A stretch of 64,000 nt of DNA from positions 104,284,001-104,348,000 of the forward strand of contig NC_067401.1 in assembly GCF_016432865.1 (NCBI RefSeq). The letters run 5' to 3'. The notes beneath the pieces were generated by a model. That model did not search any database, was not told the origin of the DNA, and saw only the letters and a program-made list of their open reading frames with translations. Below are positions 24,260 to 37,801 of the stretch, one piece after another. A program made the translations under genes and the position numbers. The number at the start of each line of letters is the position of its first letter. Position 1 is the first letter of the stretch. This stretch comes from Antechinus flavipes (Eukaryota).

Positions 24260-24993
24260 TTGTCTGACCCCTCCCCAAGTCTTCCTCTGGGTGGAGTTCT
24301 TGGTTCCTGTCCTTAGTAATCCCCATACTAATTTCACCTTTAATCTTTTTTTTTTTTTTTTTTTGCTCATATTTGGCCACTGCATTTCTAATCTACTTGT
24401 GATTGTTTCTTCCAGGCTCCAAGTCATGAAATTCCAACTACTTGGTCTACCTGAGATCACCTGAGAACTGATTCTGACACTCAGCAGACTCTGCTGATGC
24501 CCCTACAAGTCACTTGTCTCTTCTCTCAGTCTGGACCCCACTGGGCCGGACCAGCTCTATGCTCCTTGTCCCCCTGAAGCAGCTCCAGAGGATGAGACCT
24601 CTGTCCCTTCGTTCCAGATGAATTTGGATTTGTACTGCTTGAGGTGGGAAGGATGGGGTAATGACCCTGAGGCCACCAGGCCATGGCAGTGCCCAGTTTT
24701 ACAAACAGTGCTGGCTGTTAGATAACAATCTGTTGGTCAGTAATAACAAAGTCTCTGAGATAATAATGAGGTGCATACCAAACCACTCTTCAATTCCTCC
24801 TCTAAGACTATTCCTCAGTTCCACTTCTAAGCTATAAAATAAGCTTATTTTTTGGAATTTAGCTTGCTTCAACTGGTGTTACAATTATAATAAACTTTTT
24901 CCCTTGACCTGGAGATGGTTTCAAGCCGGCAAATCCTTTTGAGGCACCAATTTGCAACACCCAACCTTTTGGAGTCCCTTCTGAACCTCAACA
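24260..24993 (+). mobile_element. ERV 3' end: env-tail remnant, polypurine tract and 3' LTR (about 24655-24993)
   Basis: SSRLQVMKFQLL resembles a gamma-type TM tail; gaggtgggaagga PPT; LTR with TATA, AATAAA and terminal CA. Confidence 0.65.
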
Positions 24994-25676
24994 AATTCAT
25001 AGAGGTTAAGTGTTTTGTTCAGGCACTCATGCATTGAGAGACTGGATTTGAAGTCAGGAAATTGCACTCAATCCAGCAAACTTTTCATCACACAGAGAAA
25101 GGGCTTCTTAGAGGGTGAAATGGAAAGAAATAGGTATCGTGACTAGGAAAGGGCTAGGTCTGCTGTAGAAGCTCATGGGTGGGGCATTTGGCTGATTTTG
25201 TCAACAGATACTGGGGCTGAGCGTGCAGCAGGGAGAAAAGACCATTCTACCTTGGAGAAAGACATGATATGATGGCTATGGGAGCCTGGGTTGAACACGT
25301 GAGCTAGATAAGGGAAGAGGCAAGTCATGTTCCTTGGACTAGAAGGGGGTGGAAGATAGGAAACAATGTTCCTCTTCTTCTCTTAAAGAGGAATCATGAC
25401 CCCTGGCAGGTCAACATCAAGATCCAGTTCTGTTTGTCCTGTTTTGGTTCCTACTTTGCTTCTCTGTTTCCTAAGTTTCTTCCCCTTTACAAATTCTTTT
25501 TCTGTTTCAAGTCTCCAGACAAGTCATTTCTCTTCTGTGAAGCATTCTCTGGTCTCTTGGTAATGAGGAAAGAGCACTAAAGCACGGAAAAAAAAAAAAG
25601 ATTTAAATTGATTCAACCCCAGTCTCCTTTATTGGCTTACACTGTAATTGGACAAGTCACTGCCCTTTTCAAATCC

Positions 25677-28600
25677 AAAATGAAAGAGTTGGATTAGATG
25701 AATTTCAACGTGTTTTACAGCTCTGACAAACCCATAATTATTTCTCTTATCTTTTCTTTCTTTTGATCTAAAATATTATTGCCACCATATTTTAATTCTT
25801 CATGATGGCCTGCTATGAACTGGCCTACCAACTTCATGTGTCCAAGGCCTAATAAGTGTAAATTCTTCTTGATCAGGAATAGTCTCTTATCCTTGCTTTA
25901 TTTGTATCTTGTATCTCAGAGTCAGAGCCAGAGGGAAAGTGGTTAATGCAATAAGCAGAAGATAAAAACCTAGAGAAACTTTCATTACATGTCTGAAGTC
26001 AGAGAGAGGGGAGGTAAAATTGGGGAAATAGAAAATGAGAAGTCCAAGGAGGGTTTAGGAAAATGGGAGCAGAATGAACAGCTGGTTTGAAGTCAGGTTG
26101 AAGGTTATGAAATAATTAAAATGTTCTTCCTTATCTCTCTCTCTCTCTTTTTAAATTTTATAATAACTTTTTATTGACAGAATCCATGCCAGGGTAATTT
26201 TTTTTACATTATCCCTTGCACTTGCTTCTGTTCCGATTTTTCCCCTCCTTCCCTTCACCCCCTCCCCTAGATGGCAAGCAGTCCTATATACGTTATGCAA
26301 TATGTTGCAGTATATCCTAGATACAATATATGTTTGCAGAACCAAATAGTTCTCTTGTTGCACAGGGAGAATTGGATTCAGAAGGTATAAATAACTTGGG
26401 AAGAAAAATAAAAATACAAATAGTTTACATTCATTTCCCAGTGTTCTTTCTTTGGGTGTAGCTGCTTCTGTCCATCATTTATCAATTGAAACTTATATCT
26501 CTATTTAGGATTATTTATGTGGATCATTCTTTGAAGGGAAGCTGGCATAAAAACAGCATTGAAATTTGATAGAGAATGAAATTTATTTTATACTTAATAC
26601 TTGATAGATGTCTCTCTTAAACCTATTGTACAGTCATTATGGTAGAACTGAGTAAGATTTGTTATTAATGTCCAAATTAGTCAGCTAATTGATTTGCATA
26701 TCAACAGTGTTTATTGGCTAATATGCTGTATCATTTTGATCAATTAGCATCCCAAAGGGTTAGAATTAGGATCAGAATTAGATTTAGTCATAGATCTTTT
26801 ATAGATAGAGGTTTAACTCTTAGCTGGGGTGTCCTAGAGCCAGCTTCAATGAGTTTGTGAGAACTCAATTCTTCAGTTTTATTATGAACACTTACATCTC
26901 AAGCATCAACCATCACTACAAATAAGGGCTTGATTTTTGTTTTGTTGATTGTCTAGACTTAAGAAAATATTAATAATGTAGATTAAACATGTTTTTTGTT
27001 GGATTGAATTTTTTATTTATTTGTTTCACAGTGTTGTTAAACATATACTAGGACACCCCTGGTTCTTAGCCTCTCTTTCTAATTTTTATTAGAATAACAG
27101 ATAATTCTGTCAATTTCTGCCTTAGTAATACCAGATATAAAAGAGGACTGTCCCTCTAGAAAGCAGTGGTCACCATGGGGCAGTTTTGAAAAGTCCAAAG
27201 TCTGCAGTTTGTAAGGTCTGTGAAGTGAATGATTTATTCATCAGTTAAAATGAAAGAGTTGGATTAGATGAATTTCAACGTGTTTTACAGCTCTGACAAA
27301 CCCATAATTATTTCTCTTATCTTTTCTTTCTTTTGATCTAAAATATTATTGCCACCATATTTTAATTCTTCATGATGGCCTGCTATGAACTGGCCTACCA
27401 ACTTCATGTGTCCAAGGCCTAATAAGTGTAAATTCTTCTTGATCAGGAATAGTCTCTTATCCTTGCTTTATTTGTATCTTGTATCTCAGAGTCAGAGCCA
27501 GAGGGAAAGTGGTTAATGCAATAAGCAGAAGATAAAAACCTAGAGAAACTTTCATTACATGTCTGAAGTCAGAGAGAGGGGAGGTAAAATTGGGGAAATA
27601 GAAAATGAGAAGTCCAAGGAGGGTTTAGGAAAATGGGAGCAGAATGAACAGCTGGTTTGAAGTCAGGTTGAAGGTTATGAAATAATTAAAATGTTCTTCC
27701 TTATCTCTCTCTCTCTCTTTTTAAATTTTATAATAACTTTTTATTGACAGAATCCATGCCAGGGTAATTTTTTTTACATTATCCCTTGCACTTGCTTCTG
27801 TTCCGATTTTTCCCCTCCTTCCCTTCACCCCCTCCCCTAGATGGCAAGCAGTCCTATATACGTTATGCAATATGTTGCAGTATATCCTAGATACAATATA
27901 TGTTTGCAGAACCAAATAGTTCTCTTGTTGCACAGGGAGAATTGGATTCAGAAGGTATAAATAACTTGGGAAGAAAAATAAAAATACAAATAGTTTACAT
28001 TCATTTCCCAGTGTTCTTTCTTTGGGTGTAGCTGCTTCTGTCCATCATTTATCAATTGAAACTTATATCTCTATTTAGGATTATTTATGTGGATCATTCT
28101 TTGAAGGGAAGCTGGCATAAAAACAGCATTGAAATTTGATAGAGAATGAAATTTATTTTATACTTAATACTTGATAGATGTCTCTCTTAAACCTATTGTA
28201 CAGTCATTATGGTAGAACTGAGTAAGATTTGTTATTAATGTCCAAATTAGTCAGCTAATTGATTTGCATATCAACAGTGTTTATTGGCTAATATGCTGTA
28301 TCATTTTGATCAATTAGCATCCCAAAGGGTTAGAATTAGGATCAGAATTAGATTTAGTCATAGATCTTTTATAGATAGAGGTTTAACTCTTAGCTGGGGT
28401 GTCCTAGAGCCAGCTTCAATGAGTTTGTGAGAACTCAATTCTTCAGTTTTATTATGAACACTTACATCTCAAGCATCAACCATCACTACAAATAAGGGCT
28501 TGATTTTTGTTTTGTTGATTGTCTAGACTTAAGAAAATATTAATAATGTAGATTAAACATGTTTTTTGTTGGATTGAATTTTTTATTTATTTGTTTCACA

Positions 28601-28824
28601 GTGTTGTTAAACATATACTAGGACACCCCTGGTTCTTAGCCTCTCTTTCTAATTTTTATTAGAATAACAGATAATTCTGTCAATTTCTGCCTTAGTAATA
28701 CCAGATATAAAAGAGGACTGTCCCTCTAGAAAGCAGTGGTCACCATGGGGCAGTTTTGAAAAGTCCAAAGTCTGCAGTTTGTAAGGTCTGTGAAGTGAAT
28801 GATTTATTCATCAGTTAAAATGAA
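25677..28824. repeat. Tandem duplication, period 1570 bp
   Basis: ORFs at 26151 and 27721 are identical; junction aaaatgaa(a/g)gagtt. Confidence 0.95.
26148..26492 (-). mobile_element. L1 3'-UTR fragment (second copy at +1570)
   Basis: Same L1 tail family as 6121 and 49793. Confidence 0.8.
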
Positions 28825-31800
28825 GGAGTTTCTTCACCATGTAATAAAGTGTTTCTAGACTCTTGTACTTCTGAGGATTTGGGATCTTTCCTTTTCCTTA
28901 CAAAATACCAAACATCTAGCTCATCCACTATTGTCTCCGTATGTCAATGCCCTAGGTATGTATCTGTTTACCAGGCTTCTTGATAGCTTCTGGGAGTTTT
29001 GTTTCCACAAAACTGTGAATAAATGTCCACAGATATATGGTTATCTGCAGGCTTCCAAATGACTCTGCTCCAGACAGAGACATACATGCCACTTTCATTG
29101 ATAAGGTCATGTTTTAGAGTCCTTGCACAAATAGGCTTGTGTTAATGCTGTTTTCTGACAACCTGTCCAGTTTGCTCTTTCCTCAGAGACAAGTTCCAAA
29201 TTCTTTTAATTGCCAATGGAAGTAAGGAAGAAAATCAGCATTTATCAAGTGCCTACCTACTAGGCTAAATAACTAGGCCAAAGTCAGGAAGACCAAGCAA
29301 TTCACTTAGCCTTATTTGCCTCAGTTCCTTATTCACAAAATATGCTGGAGAAGGAAATGGGAGACCACTCTAGTATTTTTGGCAAGAATCCCAAATGGGG
29401 TCACAAAGAATCAGACATTACTGAAGTGATTGAACAAAAACAATGTGGTAGGCACTGTGCTAAGCATTTTACAAATATTATCTCATATGATCCAAAACTG
29501 TGGGAGGTAGGTGCTCTCATAATCGTATTTTACAGATGGGGAATCTGAGATTGTGACTTGGTAAGGGTCCTATAGCTAATAAATGCCTAAGGCCAGATTG
29601 AATTTTTAACTCCAGGCCCAGTGCTGTCTATTGTACTGCTTAGCATCCACAGTCTGTTCTTCAGCAGCTCCTGTGACAAATTGTCTGAACTCAGAAAAGT
29701 ATTTATCTTACAACTTCTTTCCCTCACTGCTGTCAAATGCCCAGGCTAATTCTGACCCTTTTTTCAGCTGAAACCTGAGGAAAGTTTAGCCTTGGTCAGA
29801 CTAGGACCAGTGTTTTTCCTTTTAAGTGCTTCATTCAGGCAGTAATACATGTTTGTTTGTTTGTTTTCATTCATATAGATTTGATACATCACATATAATT
29901 ATAAAAGTATTGTATGGGTCTGATGAAGGAGATACTAAAATCAATAAAATTTGACTATTCCAGGAACTTAAAACTATGTAGAGGCTAAGACATGGGACTT
30001 ATTTCAACACTCAGGAAGTCATAATTTCATCAGACATAGCTGCAACACAAACTACAATACAAGGTGAAATGTGAGAACTGCCCTATAGGAGATATAAAAT
30101 GATTTAAAAGTTCTTCAAACATCTAGAAGAACAAAAGGTCAAGAATATTAAGAAAATATAATCTTATACCAAAGGAGCTTGCTCTATCCTAGGAATTCTT
30201 AACTTGTTAATATGTGTCATGGATCCCTTTTGAAGTCAGGTGAAACTTATTGATTCCTCCTTAGGCTGATGCTTTTAAATGTATAAAAAACACATAAGGT
30301 TCCAATAGAAACCAATTACATTGAAATAAACTTATAATGTTCCTAGCTCATGGACCTATAAAACCTATTCATGGACCCCTTGAGAGTCCATGGACTTAGA
30401 TTAAGAAGCCCAAACCAAATGAATGGCATTCTATCACATTCTTTCTCTATTCACTTGTTGATTTCCTTTTTGAAGAGGTGATCATTTGTGGACAATATTT
30501 GGCTTGAGTTGGAAAAACTGGAAAATTCCTAGGATGCCATGTTATCCAGTGATACCACATAGAGTGGAATTTTGAACTATATGAGAGTTTATGTTTGTTA
30601 GTGGCTATCCTCTCATCTTTTCCAGATGTTTGCCCAATTAATTCACTCTCCTATCTTTAGTTGATTTTCATCTATTGATATTTTCCTCTTGACATATAGA
30701 AAACAACAATAATATAATTTGCCTCCCCCTTTCCTTAAAAATATCAAGAACTTCTCATTTAAAATTGAAATGTTTTCTAATTATAGTTCTATATCTTCCT
30801 ACTTTTCTGTCAAACTTCCAGAAAGAACTGTGTTCACTTTTTACCTCTACTTTTTCATAAACCACTTAATTTTTTTATTCCTTTGCAATCACAATAATAT
30901 AATGAAACTATGTTCTATGTGATTTCCAGTAAGCTCCTAAATGCTAAATTTGGTGCTCTTTTGTCAGTTCTCATCTTCTTCCACACTTCTCTAATACTGA
31001 ATATTGCTGATCACTTCTTCCTCTTGGATTCTCTCTTCCACTTGTTTCTTTGATGATGTTTTTTCTTAATTCTTTTCCTACCTGTCTGGCCCTTTCTCAG
31101 TCTCCTTTGTGGGGACATCTTTTACTTCTTGAATATGGGATCACCTCATGATTCTCTTTTGGCTTCTCTTCTCCTTAGTGATCTTATCTGTTTCCATCAA
31201 TTCAGTGATCAACTCTATACACATGATTCCCAAATTTATATATCCAGCCTTAACTGCTTTCCTAAACCCTAGGCTTTTCTCCACTGTTAAATGACTGCTG
31301 AACATTTCCATCTGAATATTGAATTAGCATTTAAATTCAACATATCTAAAACAAAATTCATTATCTCCCCATCCTAAATCTTTCCTTACTCTAAACTTTT
31401 CTGTTTTTCTTGGGTACTACCATCTTCTTACTCATATTAGTAACCTTACAGTCAATTTTGAGTCTTCACTTGCAAACCTGTCCTCCCAGACCTAATCAGT
31501 GGTCAAGCGTTGATTTTTTTAGCCATACTATCTCTCAAATTCCTCTCTTTCTCCCACTACCATGGCTTTTGTTACCTCTTTTTTGGACCATGATAATAAT
31601 CTCCTAATTTGGATTCTTGTCTCTAACCTTCTGAATTTGTCACTTCCCTGTTCAAAAACCCTCAGAGAATCCCTGTTCCTCTAGAGATTAAAAAACAAAC
31701 AAACCAAATTTCTCAATTGGGTATTCAATGACTCTCCACAAGGTGGCTCAGAAGTAGGAGTCGCTGTTTATGATGGAAAGTATTAACTGAAGTCAGTGTT

Positions 31801-31909
31801 CCTAGGTTCATGTGAGTGACCGTGTAGGAGTATAGGCAAATCATTTGACTATATATTTGTTACAAAGAATTTGTTTTTCTTTTCTTTTTATTTTTCAATG
31901 GGGCAAGAG

Positions 31910-32044
31910 NNNNNNNNNNNNNNNNNNNNNNNNNNNNNNNNNNNNNNNNNNNNNNNNNNNNNNNNNNNNNNNNNNNNNNNNNNNNNNNNNNNNNNNNNNN
32001 NNNNNNNNNNNNNNNNNNNNNNNNNNNNNNNNNNNNNNNNNNNN
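31910..32044. other. Assembly gap (135 N); others at 56110-56250 (141 N) and 57211-57458 (248 N)
   Basis: N runs. Confidence 1.
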
Positions 32045-33343
32045 CAATATAGGAGATGCTGTGAATTTTCAGATGGTCACTGTATTATTCGTTTTACTTA
32101 ACCATTTTACATTGTTGCAAGAGACTTTTCAGGAAGTGAGAGTGGTCTATGTTTGCAATGTAAATGTTTGCAATGTAAAAACAAAAAACCTCAATAAAAA
32201 TTTAAATATAAAGTGAAAGAAATTTTACTAGATTATTTTAAAGGTTCCTTCCCATTTTGAAATTCTATTTCTAGATTTATGATTCTGTCTTTCTTTTATC
32301 AGGTTCCTGACAGAAATTATTTTATTAATATGTTAAAAACCAAATTATTAAATTAGGATCCAGGTTTTTCTTCTTTATTTCTTCATTTAAGCCCAGGCCC
32401 TATAAAAAGTCAGTTTCTGAAGGACAGGACTGGTTGATAAAATTGTTTAAGTCCTTAAGATACATGTTTTTTAATTTTATATGGGACCCCACCCAATTAA
32501 GAAAACTGACTTCTGGTTAGGATATAAACAGATCCAGTCTGGGCAAGTTCTTATTCCAGGGAAATGAACCCCTGTCCTGGTGCTCTTCAATTAGATGTTT
32601 GCCCAATTAATAAAGATACTCATATCTTTTAGTTTAGGGTGATCCAGTTCATAAAGGACAAAACCAGCCCAAATGATCTAGATGGAAATGGATTCTTTTG
32701 TCCAGGTGATTGGAGGTGGCTGAATCTTAAGATCAAGCCACATTCTCAGCAAGAGGAGCTGAAGACTTAGTCTGCCTTTTCATCAAATGTCCATCAATCA
32801 GGAGAAATTTTCACTTGTCAGGAGCATTTCCTTTCACAAATGTTTCTACCAGTTTATTTTTGGTTACCTAGAGACAACCACTGACAAGCAATTTATTGGT
32901 TGTCAGCTACCTAATTAAAAGGTTATTAATTACCCAGAAACTCTGTCTCAGGTTTTTCATTCATCACATTACTCTGCTTAATGTAGTTTCCATGTTTGGT
33001 TATACTAAACTTGACATTCTCTCTCTGATCTCCATTCATTCTCTATATTTAGTATTTAGCTCCTTCTGACTTCCTCCTCTTGGGATCACTCCATATATTC
33101 TGTAGCATATCTGACCTGGCTCAAATTCTCCCAAGAGAAGCCTATTGTTAAAAGTTTAGTTGTAAACAATCACAAATACTTGTATTATTTTTTACTATGA
33201 AATACCACATCCCAAAATATTCATTTATATGCATCCCTCCCTATTCCCTGCTGCTCAGTGGACTCTGAAATAAGATAGCCCCAATAATCTGTGGGAACAT
33301 TTAAGGAGGCAAAGATGGTTGGGAATGTGAGTGTGGGAGAGGT

Positions 33344-33629
33344 CATAGCAGAGCAAGGGAAAGAAATAATTACTAGGAGGTAAGCAAGAGCTGTTCCTAA
33401 CAGGATTCTTGGCTGTACAGATGTAGTTCTTTTTATTGTCCCCAGGTCTCAAAGAGATAATGAGAATAAGATAGATCTTCGTGGGAAACAAGGATTCTTC
33501 CCCCTAGTGGTGTCGTACTGTATGTCACATTGTCTGCATAACTGTTGCCCTGTACTGATAGGTCATTGTAATAGTAAAGGTTTGTTCCTCATTGGTGATC
33601 AGATTCATTATATTTTTAACTTTCTATAG
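33344..33629 (-). pseudogene. Decayed SLAM-family IgC2 exon
   Basis: Acceptor cacattgcag|; pieces MNLITNEEQTFTITMT / SVQGNSYADNVTYSTTPLGGRILVSHE / LILIISLRPGDNKKNYICTAKNPVRNSS in three frames; first Cys and the Trp are lost. Confidence 0.8.
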
Positions 33630-33857
33630 CTGCAATGTGTGAAGGAAAAAAAAACAAAGGCTCATGAGAAAAGTGAAGTCAAATTCCTGTTTTATTCTTT
33701 TTCTGTCAGTGCTAATGTTTTAGAAATGCTTCCCCAAAACATTAAAAACAATTTTTTTAAAGAAGCTTTTCCATGGTTCAGTTTGCTATTTTTCTCTGTT
33801 AAAATTATAGGATTTCAGAGTTTAGAATTGACTTCAGGGACTATCTAATCCAAACTG

Positions 33858-34216
33858 GACTTGTTCAGGAATTTTGCAACAATATAACATAATGCTGGAG
33901 AAACTGAGGCAAGATTAGAGAGTATTTAATATTTTATTTGAAAGGGAGAGATTTCCTGGGACCAAATGGATCCATGTTTTGGTCTCAGGACTGAATGAGA
34001 CTATCCTCTCCAAGAATCCAGCAAACAGATTGTTAACAGATTGTTAGTCCCCCACTCTCAGCAGCCTAACTCTGCCTCTGCCTCAGTCTACTCCCTCTGT
34101 CTGAGCCACGTGTCTATATGTCATTGAGAACTCACATTGTTTGCTGGATACTTGGAGATGATAGTCTCATTCAGCCCTGAGACCAAAGCATGGATCCATT
34201 TGGTCCCAGTAAATCT
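33858..34216. repeat. Fold-back LTR-like remnant with 79-bp inverted arms (33949-34027 and 34138-34216)
   Basis: Arms are reverse complements with 5 mismatches; 110-bp spacer. Confidence 0.85.
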
Positions 34217-35084
34217 TAGGTATGTGAGGCTGGATTTGAACTGATGTTCTTGATTCTGGATCCATCATGCTGGGCTCATCATTCCAGGTTCCCTGTGCCA
34301 CTTAGGTTCTTCTTAATAAATAACAAATAAAATGGACATTCCCATGTCCAAAACTGCTCTGGGCTCATCATCTAACCTAAATCATAGATAGCTATCCTTT
34401 AAATAGACACTTGTAACCCCAGAAGATAATGTCCTGGGAGCTGCAGGGCTATGGGGAAATGATTTCTAGCTGTTCTTTATATCTGTGAAATCTTTCCTAA
34501 TTTCTCCATTCATTTGGATTTCTCAAAGCTTCCCCATTTCTCCCTTTATGTTTTTGTTCAATAGCTTTTTTCAGGCATATCGAGTGTTTGTGATCACATT
34601 TGGGGTTTTCTGGAGTGTTTTTCCATTTCCTTCTCCAGCTCATTTTACAGAGGAGGAAACTGAGGCAAATAGAGTGAAGTCACTTGCCCAGGATTATACA
34701 GCTAGTAAGTGTATGATGCTGGATTTGAACCCAGGTCTTCCTAAGTCCACTAAGGATGCTCTATTAAAGACTAAAATTAAACTCCACACTAAAATTTTTG
34801 AGATCTCTAATACATTGGAAAATACAAAAGAAAATTAAGCATGAAATAGCAGCTAAGTAGTACCATGGACAGAGTACTAGACTTGTAGTCAAAAAGACCC
34901 AAGTTAAAATCCAGACCTAGAAACTTTTTAGTTAACCAAATGTAGAATGGGCTGCTTTTGGATGTAGGCAAAATTCTAGAGCTGGGGGGCATCTCAAAAG
35001 TCATCTTATCCAATGCTTTCATTTAATAAATGTGTTTATGTATTTTATGAGCATTTATAATTTGCATCTTCTAATTCTCCGAAC

Positions 35085-35371
35085 CTGAGTAAATGAACAG
35101 ACTCTGGAAGACTTGGTGCATACACAAGTTCTGTATTTGCACATTAGAAATTTGCTGGGAAAAATTCCTGGAAGGGTCTCTACCTCTTTGGGTCTCTGGG
35201 TCTTGGCTCTGTTCATCCTTCCTATTTCTCCTGGTTCTGTCATGTTAGGGAAAGTATTTGAAATTGAGGCAATGCTCTCAATTCCTGATGGAATCTCCAT
35301 TAAGAAAGTAAACAAGTTCTCCGGACTCCAATCACCATTATGGGAGCAGTTATTTTCTGAGGTTCCTAGCT
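35085..35371 (-). pseudogene. Decayed SLAM-family IgV exon (LY9/SLAMF7/CD84-like)
   Basis: Acceptor tctctatag|; pieces in different frames: TAPIMVIGV, GELV/TFLMEIPSGIESIA, EPG, RDPSRNFSQQISNVQIQN; several frameshifts. Confidence 0.65.
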
Positions 35372-37337
35372 CTATAGAGATTGATTAGAAATGGAAGCAT
35401 TGACTCTTTTTGTCCAGACTTGAAGGGTTCTCCAGGCCTTTGAATAGTTTTCTCCCTACAATGTCCTTATTTTGCCCTGAGTCACCCTCATCTTAATTTC
35501 CTCCATGGACATTTAACTCTATACTCAACCCTTTTATTCCTATTCCCAGGGAACACTCACAAGCCCTAAAGCATAACTCCTTCAGTCTCATTTTATTCCT
35601 TTTTTTAACTCTTAGATAACTTTTCAGACTTGATTTAATTTGAGGTGAAGATAAATTCATCATTTCCAATTTTATCACCATGCTATTAATGAATATGACC
35701 TTCCTCAACCACTTTCTCTTCTGTTTGGAGGGCTGGAAGATGGAATACCAAACTCCTCCCAAAGCTTTCTTTTATGGATGACAGAAATTGGACTTTCAGT
35801 TCATTGTACTTTGCATCTAGTGCTCTGCCTGGTTGCAGTCTCAGGGAACAATATACTCCTGGTATCCTATTGCTCCCACCTCTTTTTGTGTGTTGTGTGT
35901 TGTAAGCTCTATGAGGACATGGACTGCCTTTTTCTTATATGTATCCTCAGCACTTAATACAGGGCCTGACACATAGTAGGTTCTTAATAAATGTTAATTA
36001 AATTGAAAATGAAATGGTTCACAATTGATTCATAACTGGCTTTTTCACTATCAGGCCAGGTTCATACTCAAACTATCTTTTTAGTGTCATAATTTAGTAC
36101 ATTCTGAGCTAGGAAACCAGAGAACCTGGCTGTTAGAATTGTATAAAAATATAGAGGAAATGAGTTCTGAATAATTGTGAAGATTTTCCATGTATAAAGA
36201 ATGTATTTTTGTATTTTGTATTTTGAATATGATTTTTGTGATCTTTATTTTGGTTCCTCAGAAGTCTTCACTGCTGTTTTTTTCCTTGTTCTCAGTTGTG
36301 TTTTGTCCATGCTTGAATATGTGACCTCTGAGTTGCTAGAATACTATATTAGTTAATACATAGATCATTTTGAGAACTATTTCAGTAGTTTAACTGAGTT
36401 TGCATACTGTTATTTCCTAGGAAGTATATAGGTATAGAAATGTGAAAAATTGAGAAGAATTAGGAACAAGAAGAAGGATGAGGCTGCTTTTCTGAGGCCC
36501 CTGAATTCATGTCTGGATGGCTGTACATTTCATCTATATAAGGTATTCCTTTGGATTCAAGCTGTGGTAATAAGTATCTTGAGAATAGTCCTAAGGCCAA
36601 ATCCTTGCAGATGCTCAGGGGCAGCTGAAAACCACTTAAAGACAAATGAAAGAAATAGTTACCTGGACAGAGATCTCAAGAAGGGGTGATTTGATTGCTA
36701 CTAAGGCATAGAGGATTTCTAACCATGTATGTTTAGTTCCAGTCACCCTCACAGAATGTCATACCTGTCTTGAAGGATTATTGGGATATTCAAATGAGAT
36801 AATGAGATAATGTAATAGCACTTTGCAAACTTTAAACTTCTTCATAAATGCCTGTTATTTTATTAAATGGAATATTTGGGAGTACCCTTATCTAGTAGTA
36901 TAAGCATCAGCAAACAAGACCCAGAAGTCAGTGAGAGAAGATCCAGAGTCTACAGTTAGAAGATTGGGCTAATTTAAGTTTCAGTTTGACTTTTTCTTTT
37001 ATGAGTGTTAATTTGACCTTTTCTTTTATGAGTAAATTGCTTCAGGGTGCTCCATCCACAGTTTTTTCTTTTTAAAATTTGGCAATGGGATAGGGTTAGG
37101 GATGTTATGGGGACAATGGGAATAGATTCAAAGGATTTCAGATTGGGAGGAAGCTTAGAAGTCTTTCAGCTCAATTGGTACCTGAGGAAGAAGCTTATCT
37201 AATGCCTATCTGCCAAATAGTCTCTAAGTGACTATCTCCAGTTATAGAGAACTCTTTGAGAAGCAAAGAATTCCATTTCTGGCAGCCAAAATTTGACTCT
37301 CTTTTGGAAGACTATCATGAGATTTAGAACTAGTAGG

Positions 37338-37801
37338 TGTAAGGGTTAAAAAGCCGCTAGGAGCAAGGGATGCAGTTAAAGGCATGTGGGAGGACCTGAG
37401 GGATGAGAGGTACTGAGACACTGGCGAGTTCTATGTGAAGGTGGGGCATAGCCTCAAGAGGTGGTGTCTGACCCCAAGTATCACTCAGGTATTCCTTAGT
37501 ACTCTCAAATTCTAGCACACCTCCCTCCCTCTTCTTGGGCCAATACCGTTATGATCTGTTTGTCCAGGTTTCTAGAGGACCTCCTCTTCCCCCAGACCCT
37601 CAGTGAAGTATAAATATGTGCTACCTAAGAATAAAGTTCTCTTTTGCTTCACCCCTACCTCCTGGTCGGTCTATCTCTGTGGGATCTGGGTTGGTGCTCA
37701 AAGACGGGTACGTATGGCCTAACCGTGCCATTGATGGACGGGCAGTAAAGAGGAACTCTAAGGGGAGCTACAAGGTTAGAGTAGTGTTAAGGGATGCTTC
37801 A
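37338..37801 (+). mobile_element. Solo LTR, 464 bp
   Basis: TG...CA, TATAAA and AATAAA, flanks agtagg/ggtagg (6-bp TSD with 1 mismatch), retained CpGs. Confidence 0.8.

Noticed and set aside
31845-32216. ORFs spanning N runs, also 56047-56292 and 57086-57487
   Set aside because: Open only because of assembly gaps
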